DNA from: Lingula anatina
Lineage: Eukaryota > Animalia > Brachiopoda
Length of the DNA stretch: 64,000 nt
Assembly: GCA_051362555.1 (NCBI GenBank)
Contig: CM120641.1
Span: 25,674,401-25,738,400 of the forward strand
Direction of reading: 5' to 3'
The position numbers were made by a program, and so were the translations under genes. Shown one piece after another: positions 39,364 through 52,900 of the stretch (positions are counted from its first letter, which is position 1; each line of letters opens with the position of its first letter). The notes below the pieces were generated by a model. The model was not told the DNA's origin. It saw nothing but the letters and a program-made list of their open reading frames with translations, and ran no database searches.

Positions 39364-42300
39364 CTTGTGCACGCATTCTAACCGAGGACACACACCCGCC
39401 CGAAACCCACTAACCGAGGACACACCTCCAACCGAGGACGTCCTCGGTTGACATAAGCAGTGGAATGCATAAAGGGGCCCATTTCAAGTTAGGTGGTGAA
39501 ATTTGACGCTATTCTGAGCCAGTCCTCGGTTATGCTGTATAGCGCGGGCCAAATTCCCGCCACGAGTGTATCAGAAATACTGTCCAACTTTTTGTCTGAA
39601 ATCGGGCTATACACACGCGTCCTCGGTTGTGCTGTAAAGGGCGGACCAAATTCCGCGTCCTCGGTTGTGCTGTAAAGGGCAGACTAAACTGAAACTAATG
39701 TTATATCTCAGATGTCTATATATTCAGTAAGTTCATATTTTTAAACTAAAGGTCTTTTTTATCAAATTAAGCTCTCCTACTCTGAAGTATCAAATAAACG
39801 TACCGGTACGTTAATTAATTTTCCAAATTTCTTCCCGCCGGTACGCTCCATTTTCACCCAGTAGCCTACGCTTATTAATTTTTCAAAAATCTTCCACCCG
39901 GTATGTTTATTAAATACCTATTGTACCGGTGGGAAATTACACAAGTACAAGTCACGCTTTTTATTTTCTTAAATTGAAGTATAATGAGAAGAAAATCGAA
40001 GTATAATGAGAAGAAAATCCACAAACAGCACTGGAAAGTAGGTCAAGCGGAAGTCGCTCTCTGAACACAACAGTACAATATGCGTCACCTGATTTCAGTT
40101 TCTATAAATAGACGTGCCTTCCCTTCAGCAGTGACAACTACTCATGTATATCGATCGAATGATGCAATGTCGCAATGTGATAGGATCATATTTATAGCTA
40201 AGGAGGTCATTTCAAGTGCAGCAAAGAAGTTGTGTCTGTTTTCAAACGTCAATTATTTCATGCCGATTTATGATTTAAACGATGTTAAATCACATTTCTA
40301 TGTAAGATAAACCCTTAGGAGTTTACAGGTATGCAAAACGAACCTTATATCTGAGAATAAATTTACTAGTATGAACCGTATGGCTCTCGGAGGCGGCTTA
40401 GGTGCGATATATCTGGGTCTTCGGCCCCTGACAATTATGAAATTTAACTCATCCCGTTTTTAAGATAAGTTTTAATACTGAGTGAATTTTACCTGGTGAA
40501 TTTTTTTTTTTTTACAATGATCAATAGCTAGCTTTTTATGTACAGACACAGATGTGTCTGTACATATAGCCGTCATCTGCGTCTGTCGTCGTCGTCGCTG
40601 TCGCCGTCGTGGCCGTCGCCGTGCACTTTTACCGATAACACGATAAGTGGAAAACTGTTTTTTCTTTTGGCTTAAAACTTACAGAACTGATGAATATTCG
40701 TAATACGCAGGTCAAGTTCGAAAATCAGCATGATCGGGTCACTTATAGGGAATTTATGCTGTTTTTTCACTTTTTTCAGCATATATGCAGCACTGATAAC
40801 ACGATAAGTGGAAAACCATTTTACCTTTTGGTTTCAAACTTACAGAACTGATGAATATTCATAATACGCAGGTCAAGTTTGAAAATCAGTGTGATTGGGT
40901 CATTTTTAGGGAAGTAATGCTGTTTTTCACTTTTTTCAGCATGTATGCAACACCTTTGTGCTATATGATGGTACTGTATGGATGGCAGTCTATAAAATTG
41001 TCCCTTGGGTGATCACTAATTAAATTAAGGTCTATAAAGTCACTTGCCTACTCATTAAAGGGTTTGCTTCATGCCGTCAGAATGGCCTGAACGGAACATA
41101 TTCTTCAGAAAACATGCCCAACTAACGATATCTTTATCCAAAGACACAAATTAAAAGCTCATTTTGTCAATTTTTGGCTTTAAAAAACGTCCTATTTTCT
41201 CGGCCTGGGAGTTAATAAGCTACGTGGTCACGTGGTCCAATGACGACAATCGAGCCACTGGAGAACAGAGCGTGCTTAGCTGTCAAACTGAGCTGCATTG
41301 TCTACCTGTAAGATGCCTTCTCTGGCTTCTGATAAAAGTTTATACTCATTCAAATCTCTTACCCGAGGGGTCAAAATCCTCGTGAAGCTGTGTAAAACCA
41401 TTTCCCGTCTAGTCATTTCTTTAACAAGCATTTCATTATGGTTATCCCAAGTTGTATAAAACACTGCATTTGAATGAGTTAAGGGAAATGTTGATTTTTG
41501 CATATGAGGTCCATGTTATTTGTGAAATTCTATTTATTTTATTAAACCGCTGACACTCCGTCTTGCATACTTTTATTAAACTGAGGTAAACAATGCCCGT
41601 TACCTTTACAAGTCCTATCTTAATCATCCATCTAACTGGAACTTCCTTTACCTCTTAATTAAAGGGTTAAATGGCATTCAATTTGTCTTGCTTGTATCGA
41701 ACGCACTCTCTATCTAAGCTTTACTCCAGTTATCTCAGGTAAAAATCTACCTGTGCGTTAGTTACAAAGCGCAGCTCCCGTAGACCTGGGGGTACTAGAT
41801 AAAATCTGAACACCAGGTTTATCGAGGAGCTAGAGAAAGAAAGGAAGAATTTTTCCTGCACAACTTCATAGGAATTTTAACACGGACTTGATCCAGCTTA
41901 GACCTCCAAACTAACAGGGTGACATGGGCAATTTTCACAAACAAATCATAAAACTATATTTCAGTTAACCGCCTTTAAAATAAATATACCGTTCTGGGTA
42001 AATTAAAATAGTTATTGAATCGCAAGAATATAAATGATGATTTTATTATTAATGGAAATTAAGCTACTATATGAGGTACATTTGCTGTGATTACTCTGTC
42101 CTTCATGTTTTGCGTAAGTCTACATTTTGCTGTATGTGCTTGTAATCTTTTTAAATACATGCGTACAATTTTTGCAGGTCTGGTTACCCCCCTGTTATGT
42201 GATGCGAGTATTAATTTGGCAATTAGTTCCTTAGCTTATTTGAATAGAATTGCAGTGTAAAATTTTCAACAAGATGTTGGCGAAATAGCCCATTACTCTT

Positions 42301-44765
42301 TGTAGGTATTTCCCCCGTCAAAGTTTGTCTAAAATTATCTATCAATCTTTACTCTTTCAAAGACAGTATAAAATTACCTGACATATTTTCGTGTAAACTT
42401 AATGACAAGCCAAGTGTCTCCAGTTCATTCCGTACTCAATTTTACCCAAGCAAATTTTTTTCTTGAGTAGATCTTTATAGCACGGTGTTATAAGCTTACA
42501 AATTTGCAAAAAAAAAAATTGCGTACTGACGCAGAATTTGCGTTTCAAGTTGTAAATAATCAATCTTTTAAATTATTTAATATTTCAGATGAAATAATCT
42601 TCAGAAACAAATCTTCAAAGCATAAACGAATTAGGATAACGAACCATTTTATTATAGCAGTTCCCATTTTTTCTTTAATATAACGCTCTTTTTCCTGTTT
42701 TTCCTCAACACGTTTTCTTCCACGGAAGCTTCAAGATACCCTGAGAGCAATTGCTTTTATTAATGTTCGCGACCGTGTTTGAACTTAATTGTTTAAGTAT
42801 TGATATTTAACGTCATTTACAAATACCAATAAAATAACCCCATGAAATAAATGAGATATATTGAAAAATATGAAAGCCCACCAAGACGAGTTTCATACCT
42901 GTTATTACCTGGCTTGGGAATTGCAGCGGTGCATAATTAACAGGTTTGTTGTAAACGAGCTTTTGGTCAACTACAATGCATTTAAAATGCATCAGCAATC
43001 AGTAAGTTTGCCAACTGATGACAGTTAATCTGAAAGACTACCAGCTCTTGATATGATCTAAACCACCTGAGGTGACCATGATCTAGAGCATCGCAACTAT
43101 TGTCACCGAAGTTAGTAAGTAAGTCACGGAAGACCGTCACAGACAAAGAGAGATTGTCAACGAGAGCTGCAATTTTGGTGAATCCCACGGCAACACACCG
43201 AGGCATAACGAAAATTCCTCAACTCCGTTCAACACAACTTTCCTTAAATTCTCCGTCACCATGCAGCTCAGTTGAGTCTCATAGACCTTTATCGTGATTG
43301 TCGTCACAGTACCACGTGACCCAGATCTGTTGCTTCATTTTTGCATATTGAGGTGAGGTTTACTAAAACGCTTTTTTTCTACTAATAGATTGTTTTTATA
43401 ATTTTTAAATGGCGGGGATCGATTAAAACATACCTCTAGTGTATAGATTGAGTGCTGTATCTTCAAAATTCGAGAAATGGATTTTTACATGAACATTGTC
43501 CTTTAATTTTCAATTGGCCATTAAATGAGATTACATAAAACACTCCTTGAGATTTCCCTGTAAAGTCCCATAGGTTTAGCTCTCTTAACTGTGTCACAAA
43601 ATTAGGATTTGGTGATAATTGTGCAGATAAATGGTGTTAAACATTGCAAATAAATTTACAACAAAAAGAATGTGTTATGCCAACATGCTATAGATGAATA
43701 ACAGTGCTTTATTTTTCTCAAACTTGGTGGGGTTATTAATATCAAGTTAATACAGCTAGATTAAAAGTTTGAATAGCAGCTTTATTGGAATTTTTTACGT
43801 TTTTTTTTTTAAATTTTTTTTAAAATTATTTTTCAAACACTAGCATCTTCAAGATGTGATTTTTTACTCCCATCCACCAGAAGTGCTGTGCATTTTCTGT
43901 ATTTTTGTATATAATTGTTATTTCTTCAGATTTAATTCTTAGGCATGTTAAGTCTCATTATGGAACTAATAAGATATGTAAAAGTGTTGTTTTGACATTT
44001 TCTGCTTCTTAACAATATTGTTGATTATATAAAAATGACGGTAAACCTGTTATAATATTGTGCATTGTGTAATAAAGTATCATAAATGGAAAGGAACTCA
44101 TCATTGCAGTTTGTCAGATTTAATCATTCACTATGTTCAGCATCTGCAAATGGAGCAAATTGGACATTGAAAATTGTTCTATTGATATTTTTCCTATGTC
44201 AACAATTTTCCTAGTTGAACATTTAAAAATGACAGTTTATTGATTATTTTGTTTTAAAGAAGGCGTTGAAAATGGTAAGAAAATCATTTCAGTACAGTTA
44301 TCTCTTGTTTACGTTTTGGCATTTTGAAAGTGTGACTCTGAACTTCCATGGCCTTGAAGACCTTCCCAAATCACATTTTCTGAATATTCATGATACTTTT
44401 ATTTTTTTATAAAAAATTTGATGGTCATTATGCTGTTAAGTATTATGGTTTATTGCATGAAAGTTGAAGAAAACCCTATTTTGGACACTGCTGCCAGGAT
44501 AGCGGTTAAGGGAAAACCGTGTTACTTACGATACTGAAACTTACTGAAAAGTTTCATAAGACAGAAGTGCAGCTTGTGTTTGAAAACCAGTGTGATTGTT
44601 TTCTGTTTTGGAGGCAATGCAGGTTTATAGAGTACTATACTGGCATTTTCAAGTCGTGACTTATCACTCCCATCTGCCAGGAGCCCTGTACTCTTACTTT
44701 GTAACATTTTCTGTATTTTGTTAAGTTACAAGAATGATTCTTAGGATTGACATACAGCAAAAAAA

Positions 44766-44837
<72 letters not shown>

Positions 44838-47800
44838 TAATGAGTTTAAGCAATTTTTTTTTGTGTTTAATTTTCACTGTACCTCATTCTGGCATTTCCA
44901 AAGTTTAACTCTTATCAGCCTGACACCTTAGGGACTATTTCCAGACCCTATCACGCTAACTGTGGATCGATCTATCTCCAAGGGAATTCTCGCTAAATTG
45001 CAATCAATGTAAGTGGCTTAGTTGTCTGTCACGCCTACTGAAACTGGCATGCCAGAATCCTAAGACTCTCAAACTGAAAGCAATTTAGTGAGAAACCCCT
45101 TGGAGTTGGATTGATCCTGTTAGATTGATCTAGGTATGGGAACTTAGTCTAATGCTTGATACACATTTTACTTTCATCCTAATCCAATGTTATGCAGAAT
45201 AAGAATTTGATTTTGGCTATGCATTTACAGTTAGCATAATACATTAGTTCATCAGAATTGACAGTATCCTATTTCCTGCGTTTTTATTTTCTGGTTTTTG
45301 TCTGTACATTTGACAGCTTTGCTGCCTTGTTTCTTTCTCTTCTTCTTCTTTACTTTTATTTATTTATTTCATTTTTTTTTTTGGGGGGGGGGGGGAGCGG
45401 TGTAAAGGTTTTTTCCACCCAGTACTTTTATTCCATCCAGTACTTTTATTAAATTTCGAGATTTTTTCCACCCAGTACTTTTATTCCATCAGTACTTTTA
45501 TTAAATTTTGAGATTTTTTCCACCCAGTACTTTTATTCCATCAGTACTTTTATTCGATACCTCAGAGTAGGCTTTTCATAAAACTCACAGAACTGATGAT
45601 TATAAGTAAAAGAATGGTCAAGATTGAAAATCAGCAAGACCAGGCCCTTTTCTTTCAAATGTTATGCTGTTGTTTTTTTTTTTTTCAGCATATAAGTAAC
45701 ACTGTAAGCACATTTCAGGGAGAACCAATAAGCCTGTTTTCATGAAACTCACAGGAGTAATCAATGTTATCTATATACAAATCAAGTATAAAAATAAGAT
45801 TGATTGGTTGAGTTTTGAGGGACTTCAGCTTTTATTTGTATATAAGTGGTTTTCCTCAGTTTTGATTGTCAGGCATGTTGACAGTTTCGTTATTGAACTA
45901 ACTAGATATGTAAATATGTTAGTGTTTGTCTGAAATTTTCTGCATCTTTACAACATTGCTAGTTGATTACATAAATATGACAGTAAACATGTTATCATGT
46001 ACTGTGTAATACAGTGTCTCAAAATGGAGGAAATGGGGTGATTATTTTCAAAAGTTTTGCATTTTTTTTCTCCTTTTTTCAGTGTACATGCAACACTGTA
46101 AACACACTTCAAGGAGAACCAATAGGCCTGTTTTCATGAAACTCAGAGAACTGATGATTATTAGTAAATTAAAAAGAATGATCAAGATTGAAAATCAGCA
46201 TGACCAGGCCCTTTTCTTTCAAATGTTATGCTGGTTTTTTTCAGCATATATGTAACACTGTAAGCACATTTCAAGGAGAACCAATAAGCCTGTTTTCATG
46301 AAACTCACAGAACTGATGATTATTAGTAAAAGAATGGTCAACATTGAAAATCAGCATGACCAGGCCCTTTTCTTTCAAATGTTATGCTGTTTTTTTTAAG
46401 CATATAAGTAACACTGTAAGCACATTTCAGGAAGAACCAATAACTTAAAGCCTGTTTTCATGAAACTCACAGAACTGATTATTATGAGTAAAAGAATGGT
46501 CAAGATTGAAAATCAGCATGACCAGGCCCTTTTCTTTCAAATTTTATGCTGTTTTTTTTCAGCATATAAGTAACACTGTAAGCACATTTCAGGGAGAACC
46601 GATAGGCCTGTTGTCATTAAACTCACAAGAGTGATCAATGTTATCTATATACAAATCAAATTTAAAAATAAGATAGATTGGTTGAGTTCTGAGGGACTTC
46701 AGCTTTTATTTGTATATAAGTGGTTTTCCTCAGATTTGATTGTCAGGCATGTTGACAGTTTCGTTATTGAATTAACTAGATATGTAAATATGTTAGTGTT
46801 TCTCTGAAATTGTCTGCATCTTTACAACATTGCTAGTTGATTATATAAATATGACGGTAAACATGTTATCATGTACTGTGTAATACAGTGTCTCAAAATG
46901 GAGGAAATGGGGTGATTATTTTCAAAAGTTTTGCATTTTTTCTCCTTTTTTCAGTGTACATGCAACACTGTTAACATATTTCAAGGAGAACCAATAAGCC
47001 TGTTTTCATGAAACTCACAGAACTGATGATTATTAGTAAAAGAATGGTCAAGATTGAAAATCAGCAAGACCAGGCCCTTTTCTTTCAAATGTTATGCTGT
47101 TTTTTTTCTTTTTTTTTTTCAGCATATATGTAACACTGTAAGCACATTTCAGGGAGAACCAATAACTTAAAGCCTGTTTTCATGAAACTCACAGAACTGA
47201 TGATTATTAGTAAAAGCATATTAGTAACACTGTAAGCACATTTCAGGGAGAACCGATAGGCCTGTTGTCATTAAACTCACAAGAGTGATCAATGTTATCT
47301 ATATACAAATCAAATTTAAAAATAAGATTGATTGGTTGAGTTTTGAGGGACTTCAGCTTTTATTTGTATATAAGTGGTTTTCCTCAGATTTGATTGTCAG
47401 GCATGTAAACAGTCTCATTATTGAATTTACTAGATATGTAAAATGGGTTGTTTGACAATTTCTGCGTCTTGACAATATTGCTAGTTGATTATATAAAAAT
47501 GGTGGTAAACCTGTTATCTTGTATTGTGTAAAAAAAGTGCCAAAATGGAAATTAACTCGTATCATTGTAGTTTGTCAGATTCAATCATTCACAATGTTCG
47601 GAATGGAGGAAATTGGACATTTAAACTTGTTATATTGATATTTTTGCCATCTCAACAATTTTCTTAGTTGATCATGTGAAATGGCAGTAAACTGTATTAT
47701 TTTATGTAAAAAAGTTAAAAATGGAAAGAAACCCATTTCAGTACAGTGCTCTCTTGTATACATTTAGCATTTTCAAAGTATGACTTTGGAGTTCCATGAA

Positions 47801-49874
47801 CCTGAAAACCTTTGCTAGTCACATTTTCTGAATATTCATGATACTAATATTTTATTATAAAAAATTGATGATCATTATGCTGTTAAGCATTATATAATAT
47901 TGCATCAAATTGGAAGAAAGCACAATTTTGGGTGCTGCTGGCATGATGTCCTCAATTGTAAAATTGTGTACTGTTCAAGTCTGTATCCAATGGACTACAC
48001 TTTGTGTTATCAAAATACAAAATTCATGATAATAAAAGAGTGCTAAATAGAAAATAAGCATTATGAAAAAAAATGTTTGAAAACGAATTTCTTTGGTCTT
48101 TTATTTTATTTCATCAGTATCCTTTCTTTTCCTAAATTAATTGATGTTTTATCTCATAATCTTCAATTCTAAAAAAGTGGCAAAGCCCAGCATTAAATAT
48201 TGTATAACTGTTCACTTAATCATCACCTCTGGTGTTATTTTGGAATTTACCTTAAATATGAAAGAATTTCATAAAAATGTGAATTGCTGCAAAGTAACGC
48301 TATATAAATTTTGCTTTGCATTAAAAGTACAATCATTATTACATGTAGATGCATGCATGTCCTCGGTTGTAATGTGTAGTGTCTGTCCGTGTGTGTGTCC
48401 GTGTGTGTCCTCGGTTAGAATGTAAAATTCTTGTCAGCAAAAAATTAGTTTTTATAAAAAATTAATTTATAACATTCATACTCGAATAGATTTTACCCTA
48501 AATTGAATGTTTTTATTTTGATTTAACCAAGGAATAAGATGTCCTCGGTTGTATGGTGTTGTGCTGATGTCCTCGGTTGGTACACATAGACAAGTATGTG
48601 TGTGTGTGTGTGTGTGTGTGTACATGCACATGTGTGCACTTTCATGCTTACACACTGAATGCTGGAATAATATTGTTGACTTCTTTCAGGTGGTCAAGAT
48701 ACGTCCAGTTGGTCAGTTTATAGGTAAGATTTTATCTTATTACCTCTGTATTGTCAAGTTTGTAACATGTTTTTAAAGTGAATATTTTAAGTGATGATTT
48801 TTAACTACTTTGATCTTTGCGTATTCAATTTTTATCAGAGGCAAAGCTTTTTAGTTTAGTTTTTAATATTTTTCTCGTTATAATTACAGAAAGTACAATG
48901 ACTTCTACATGCTGGAACAGAAACTAAGAGAATTCCATGGTAAGAGTATCATTTATATACTGTTTGTAATAATTATGACACTGGAGTTTCATAATCTGTT
49001 TCGTACTAATTACTTGGATATGCTAGTTTATTGGGGAGTTCATTGGTTTATAAACATTGTCTTTCCTATTATTACTATTAGAAGTCTCTTCAATTCATCA
49101 GAGAAAATAAACATTGCTTCACTATTTCAACATTTGAAATTCGAACCTAATTTAGCTTTGTAGGTAAAAACTTTTACCAATTGTCAACACAACATTGATA
49201 TTTTTAGGAGTCAATCTGAAAGCTCAGCTTCCTCAGAAGAAGTCCTTTGGGCTAAAAGGGTTGGAGTATTTGGATAGCAAGAGACAATCATTTGAGGAAT
49301 ATGTGCAGGTACAAAATGCAATTGACTATTTGAGCATTTTTTTTCCTTCAGTGCATAATATTTTCATTTTTTGTTGTTCTTCTTTTTGTAAAGTAGTCAC
49401 CTCAGTCTTTTAGTAAAAACAAATGCACATGCTCAGAATTTGATAACGTCATGGCAAGCAACAAGTGGCTGAAATATTGACCTACATTTGATTAGTATAA
49501 AGCACAAATTGGTTTTTGGTAAAAGGCACTGGTAATATTATCCCATATTGCCTTTATAACACTTCAGAATGCTCTGAAATATTGTGAATATCATTATGTT
49601 TTGTTTGCTTTCCAGGAGTTACTACAGTCTCCTCATTTAAAGGGAAGTGAACTCCTGTGCAACTTCCTTGAATCAAAAGGCAGCTTCAAAAGCCAAAATG
49701 ATTTAAGTATAGGTAAACTGTTATCTTACAGATTGGTGCATGGTTATGCACATGCTTATATGCATGTTTGTGTAAATCATGAATATTTCTCCTATGAAAA
49801 TGAAACAAAAATTTTGTGTATCATTCACAGTGATGAAAACCAAAATTTTGGTTTATTAATTTTTTACATTTTGG

Positions 49875-49965
<91 letters not shown>

Positions 49966-52900
49966 TTTTAAAACAAATATTGTTGTCACTGTTCCAGGAA
50001 AAGTATTCAAGTCTGTTCCTATGAAGTTGACCATTGAGGTATGTAAGAGCTCCAGTTTGTTCATTTGCCACCATTTTCACTTGACACACATGATACTGAA
50101 TGTTAATGATTATAATTTGTTCACCAAACTTTTATATTTATCAATTATATTTAGGATTGAGGTTGTAGAATTGACTATTTAGGCATAATACATCTAACAT
50201 TAATTTTATCACTATTATTGGTTACCACACATTATTTTTTTCTGATTTAAATCAGAAATCCTATATTTTGGGGCAGTTTTTTGACCTAAGATAGCCCCCA
50301 AACACCCTGTGGTAAGACCACAGAGCTATTTCCTCATAGTTTTCTATTGTTACTCAAAATGTATAGATTATTTATCTGTTATAACATGTTGGCTATTACT
50401 TTTAGAGTGGATTTTGATTAATTTTGTTTAAGTGATGTTTATTGTTATCTTTATTGTTTTGAAGAGGGGACAGCACTTGGATCCTTTTCTCCAGTCTCTG
50501 TATGCATCCACAGAAGCACCCAAACCAAAACCATCCAGGTGAGGGACTTCTAGACATCATACACCTGACACTTGTTCTTTGTTCAAGTAGTGTTTCGTGA
50601 AATTTTCTACAATATTCAGAATTCAGGTTATGAGCATTAAACAACTTTTTTGGCAAAAAGTGTGTGGTTATATGGTTTAAAGATGATCAGATAACAGAAC
50701 AGTTATTTTATTTATTTATTTATTTTATTATATTTATTTATTTATTTATTTATTATTATTATTATTATTTTTTTTTTTTTGTAGAGAAAAAGTTACTATA
50801 AAATTTGATCCAATTTACCATGCTTGTTTATATTTCAGTATATTGCCAACTGATCCTGAGACTGCATCTGTTACTTCAATTTCCAGTGAAAGGGTAAGAA
50901 GATATTGAACAACATAATAGATTAATAAAAAGACCTAACTAATAAAAAAACTTAGTTATAGTCAGTTCATGTTTTTAATTTTGTACCATTCTGAAGCCAT
51001 CGACTTCGGATTCACACATCTAGTGGAATCATTCATGAATAAATCCTTTTCTTATGTTTGTTAATTTATTTCCGTGTCTTGCAAATATTCATTAATTACA
51101 CATTATTAGAAACCATGTTGAGGCAAAAATCATCACATATAAGGTTATATTCCATTTTGATCGTTGTTTATAGTTATATGTGAGGTGGGGAGGGGGGGGG
51201 GTAGATATTCTTATTTGATGTCATAGAATATATCCAGTCTTAATGGTCACATTTCTCCCATCTGATACATTGTAAGTCACAATAGTTTTTATGTACAGAC
51301 ACAGATGTGTCTGTACATATTGCCATCACCTGCGTCTGTCGTCGCCGTCGCCGATCATGTCGCCGTCGCCGTGCACTTTCAGCGTTAACACCATAAGTGG
51401 AAGATAGTTTTACTTTTTGGCTTTATATTTACAGCGCTGACTAATATTCATAAAATGCAGGTCAAGTTCGAAAATCAGCATGATCGGGCCATTATTGTAG
51501 AATTTATGCTGTTTTTTTCACTTTTTAGCATATATGCAACACTGTTAACACATTTCAAGGAAAACCGATAGGCCTGTTGTCATGAAACTCACAGGAAAAA
51601 TCGATCTTACTAAAACGCAGGTCAAGTTCGAAAATCGGCATGATCGGGCCACTATTTTAGTAGTTATGCTGTTTTTTCACTTTTCAGCATATATGCAACA
51701 CTGTTAACACATTTCAAGGAAAACCGATAGGCCTGTTATCATGAAACTCACAGGAGTAATCAGTCTTACTAAAACGCAGATCAAGTTCGAAAATCGGCAT
51801 GATCGGGCCACTATTTTAGTAGTTATGCTGTTTTTTCACTTTTCAGCATATATGCAACACTGTAAACACAATATAAGAAAAACAGATGGGCCAATTGTCA
51901 TGAAAGTCACAGGAGTGGTCAATTTTACTAAAATGCAGGTTGAGTTCGTAAATCAGCATAATCGTGCCATTATTTTAGAAGGTATGCTGTTTTTATGTAC
52001 AGACACAGATGTGTCTGTACATATAGCCGTCATCTGCGTCTGTCGTCGCCGTCGCCGTCGTTGCCATCGTCGCCGTGCACTTTTACCGATAACACGATAA
52101 GTGGAAAACTGTTTTTTCTTTTTGTTTGAAACTTACAGAACTGATGAATATTCATAATACGCAGGTCGAGTTCGAAAATCAGCATGATCGGGTCACTTAT
52201 AGGGAATTTATGCTGTTTTTATGTACAGACACAGATGTGTCTGTACATATTGCCATCACCTGCGTCTGTCGTCGCCGTCGTCGCCGATGCCGATGCCGGC
52301 GCCGTGCACTTTCAGCGTTAACACGATAAGTGGAAGACAGTTTTACTTTTTGGCTTTATATTTACAGAGCTGATGAATATTCATAAAACGCAGGTCAAGT
52401 TCAAAAATCAGCATGATCGAGCCATTATTGTAGAAGTTATGCTGTTTTTTCACTTTTCAGCATATATACAACACTGCTAACACATTTCAAGGAAAACCGA
52501 TAGGCCTGTTGTCATGAAACTCACAGGAGCAATCAATCTTACTAAAACGCAGGTCAAGTTTGAAAATCGGCACGATCGGGCCACTATTTTAGTAGTCATG
52601 CTGTTTTTTCACTTTTTAGCATATATGCAACACTTTTTACACAATATAAGAAAAACAGATAGGCCAATTGTCATTTAAACTCACAGGAGTGGTCAATCTT
52701 ACTAAAATGCAGGTTGAGTTTGAAAATTAGCATAATTGGGCCATTATTTTAGAAGTTATGCTGTTTTTTCACATTTCCTCAGATTCAATTCTTAGGCATG
52801 TTAACAGTTTCATTATTTAATTAATAAGAAATGTAAAAGTGTTTGTTTGACATTTTCTGCATCTTTACAACATTGTAAGTTGATTTCGTAAAAATGATGG

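Larger units (their letters stand above)
40533..45331 (+). mobile_element. HINE copy (subfamily with TAGCCGTCATCTG head) nested in the TA element
   Basis: Stem-loop head at 40537-40566, (GTC)n, ~161-bp units, diverged tail, terminal GTCTGTACATTTGACAGCTTTGCTGCCTTGTT at 45300-45331. Confidence 0.8.
39780..45567. mobile_element. TA-flanked Tc1/mariner/pogo-like non-autonomous element
   Basis: TA|CTCTGAAGTATCAAATAAACGTAC ... GTACTTTTATTCGATACCTCAGAG|TA inverted ends. Subterminal ~57-bp repeats (TTTTTCCACCCAGTACTTTTATT x3 at 45410-45550) have related copies at 39810-39915. Confidence 0.7.
39362..48596. mobile_element. Non-autonomous DNA transposon inserted in a (TG)n microsatellite (EnSpm/CACTA-like subterminal repeats), hosting nested elements
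   Basis: (TG)n on both sides (39320-39361, 48597-48620). Both ends read CTTGT-N11-AACCGAGGACA inward. Eleven AACCGAGGAC/GTCCTCGGTT copies cluster only at the two ends. A 22-bp inverted repeat pairs 39374-39395 with 48401-48422. Confidence 0.7.

Noticed and set aside
49601-50182. 193-aa ORF
   Set aside because: Read-through of SNX14 exons 22 and 23 across an intron containing (TA)n(TG)n, which produces the YIYI run. Not a separate gene.
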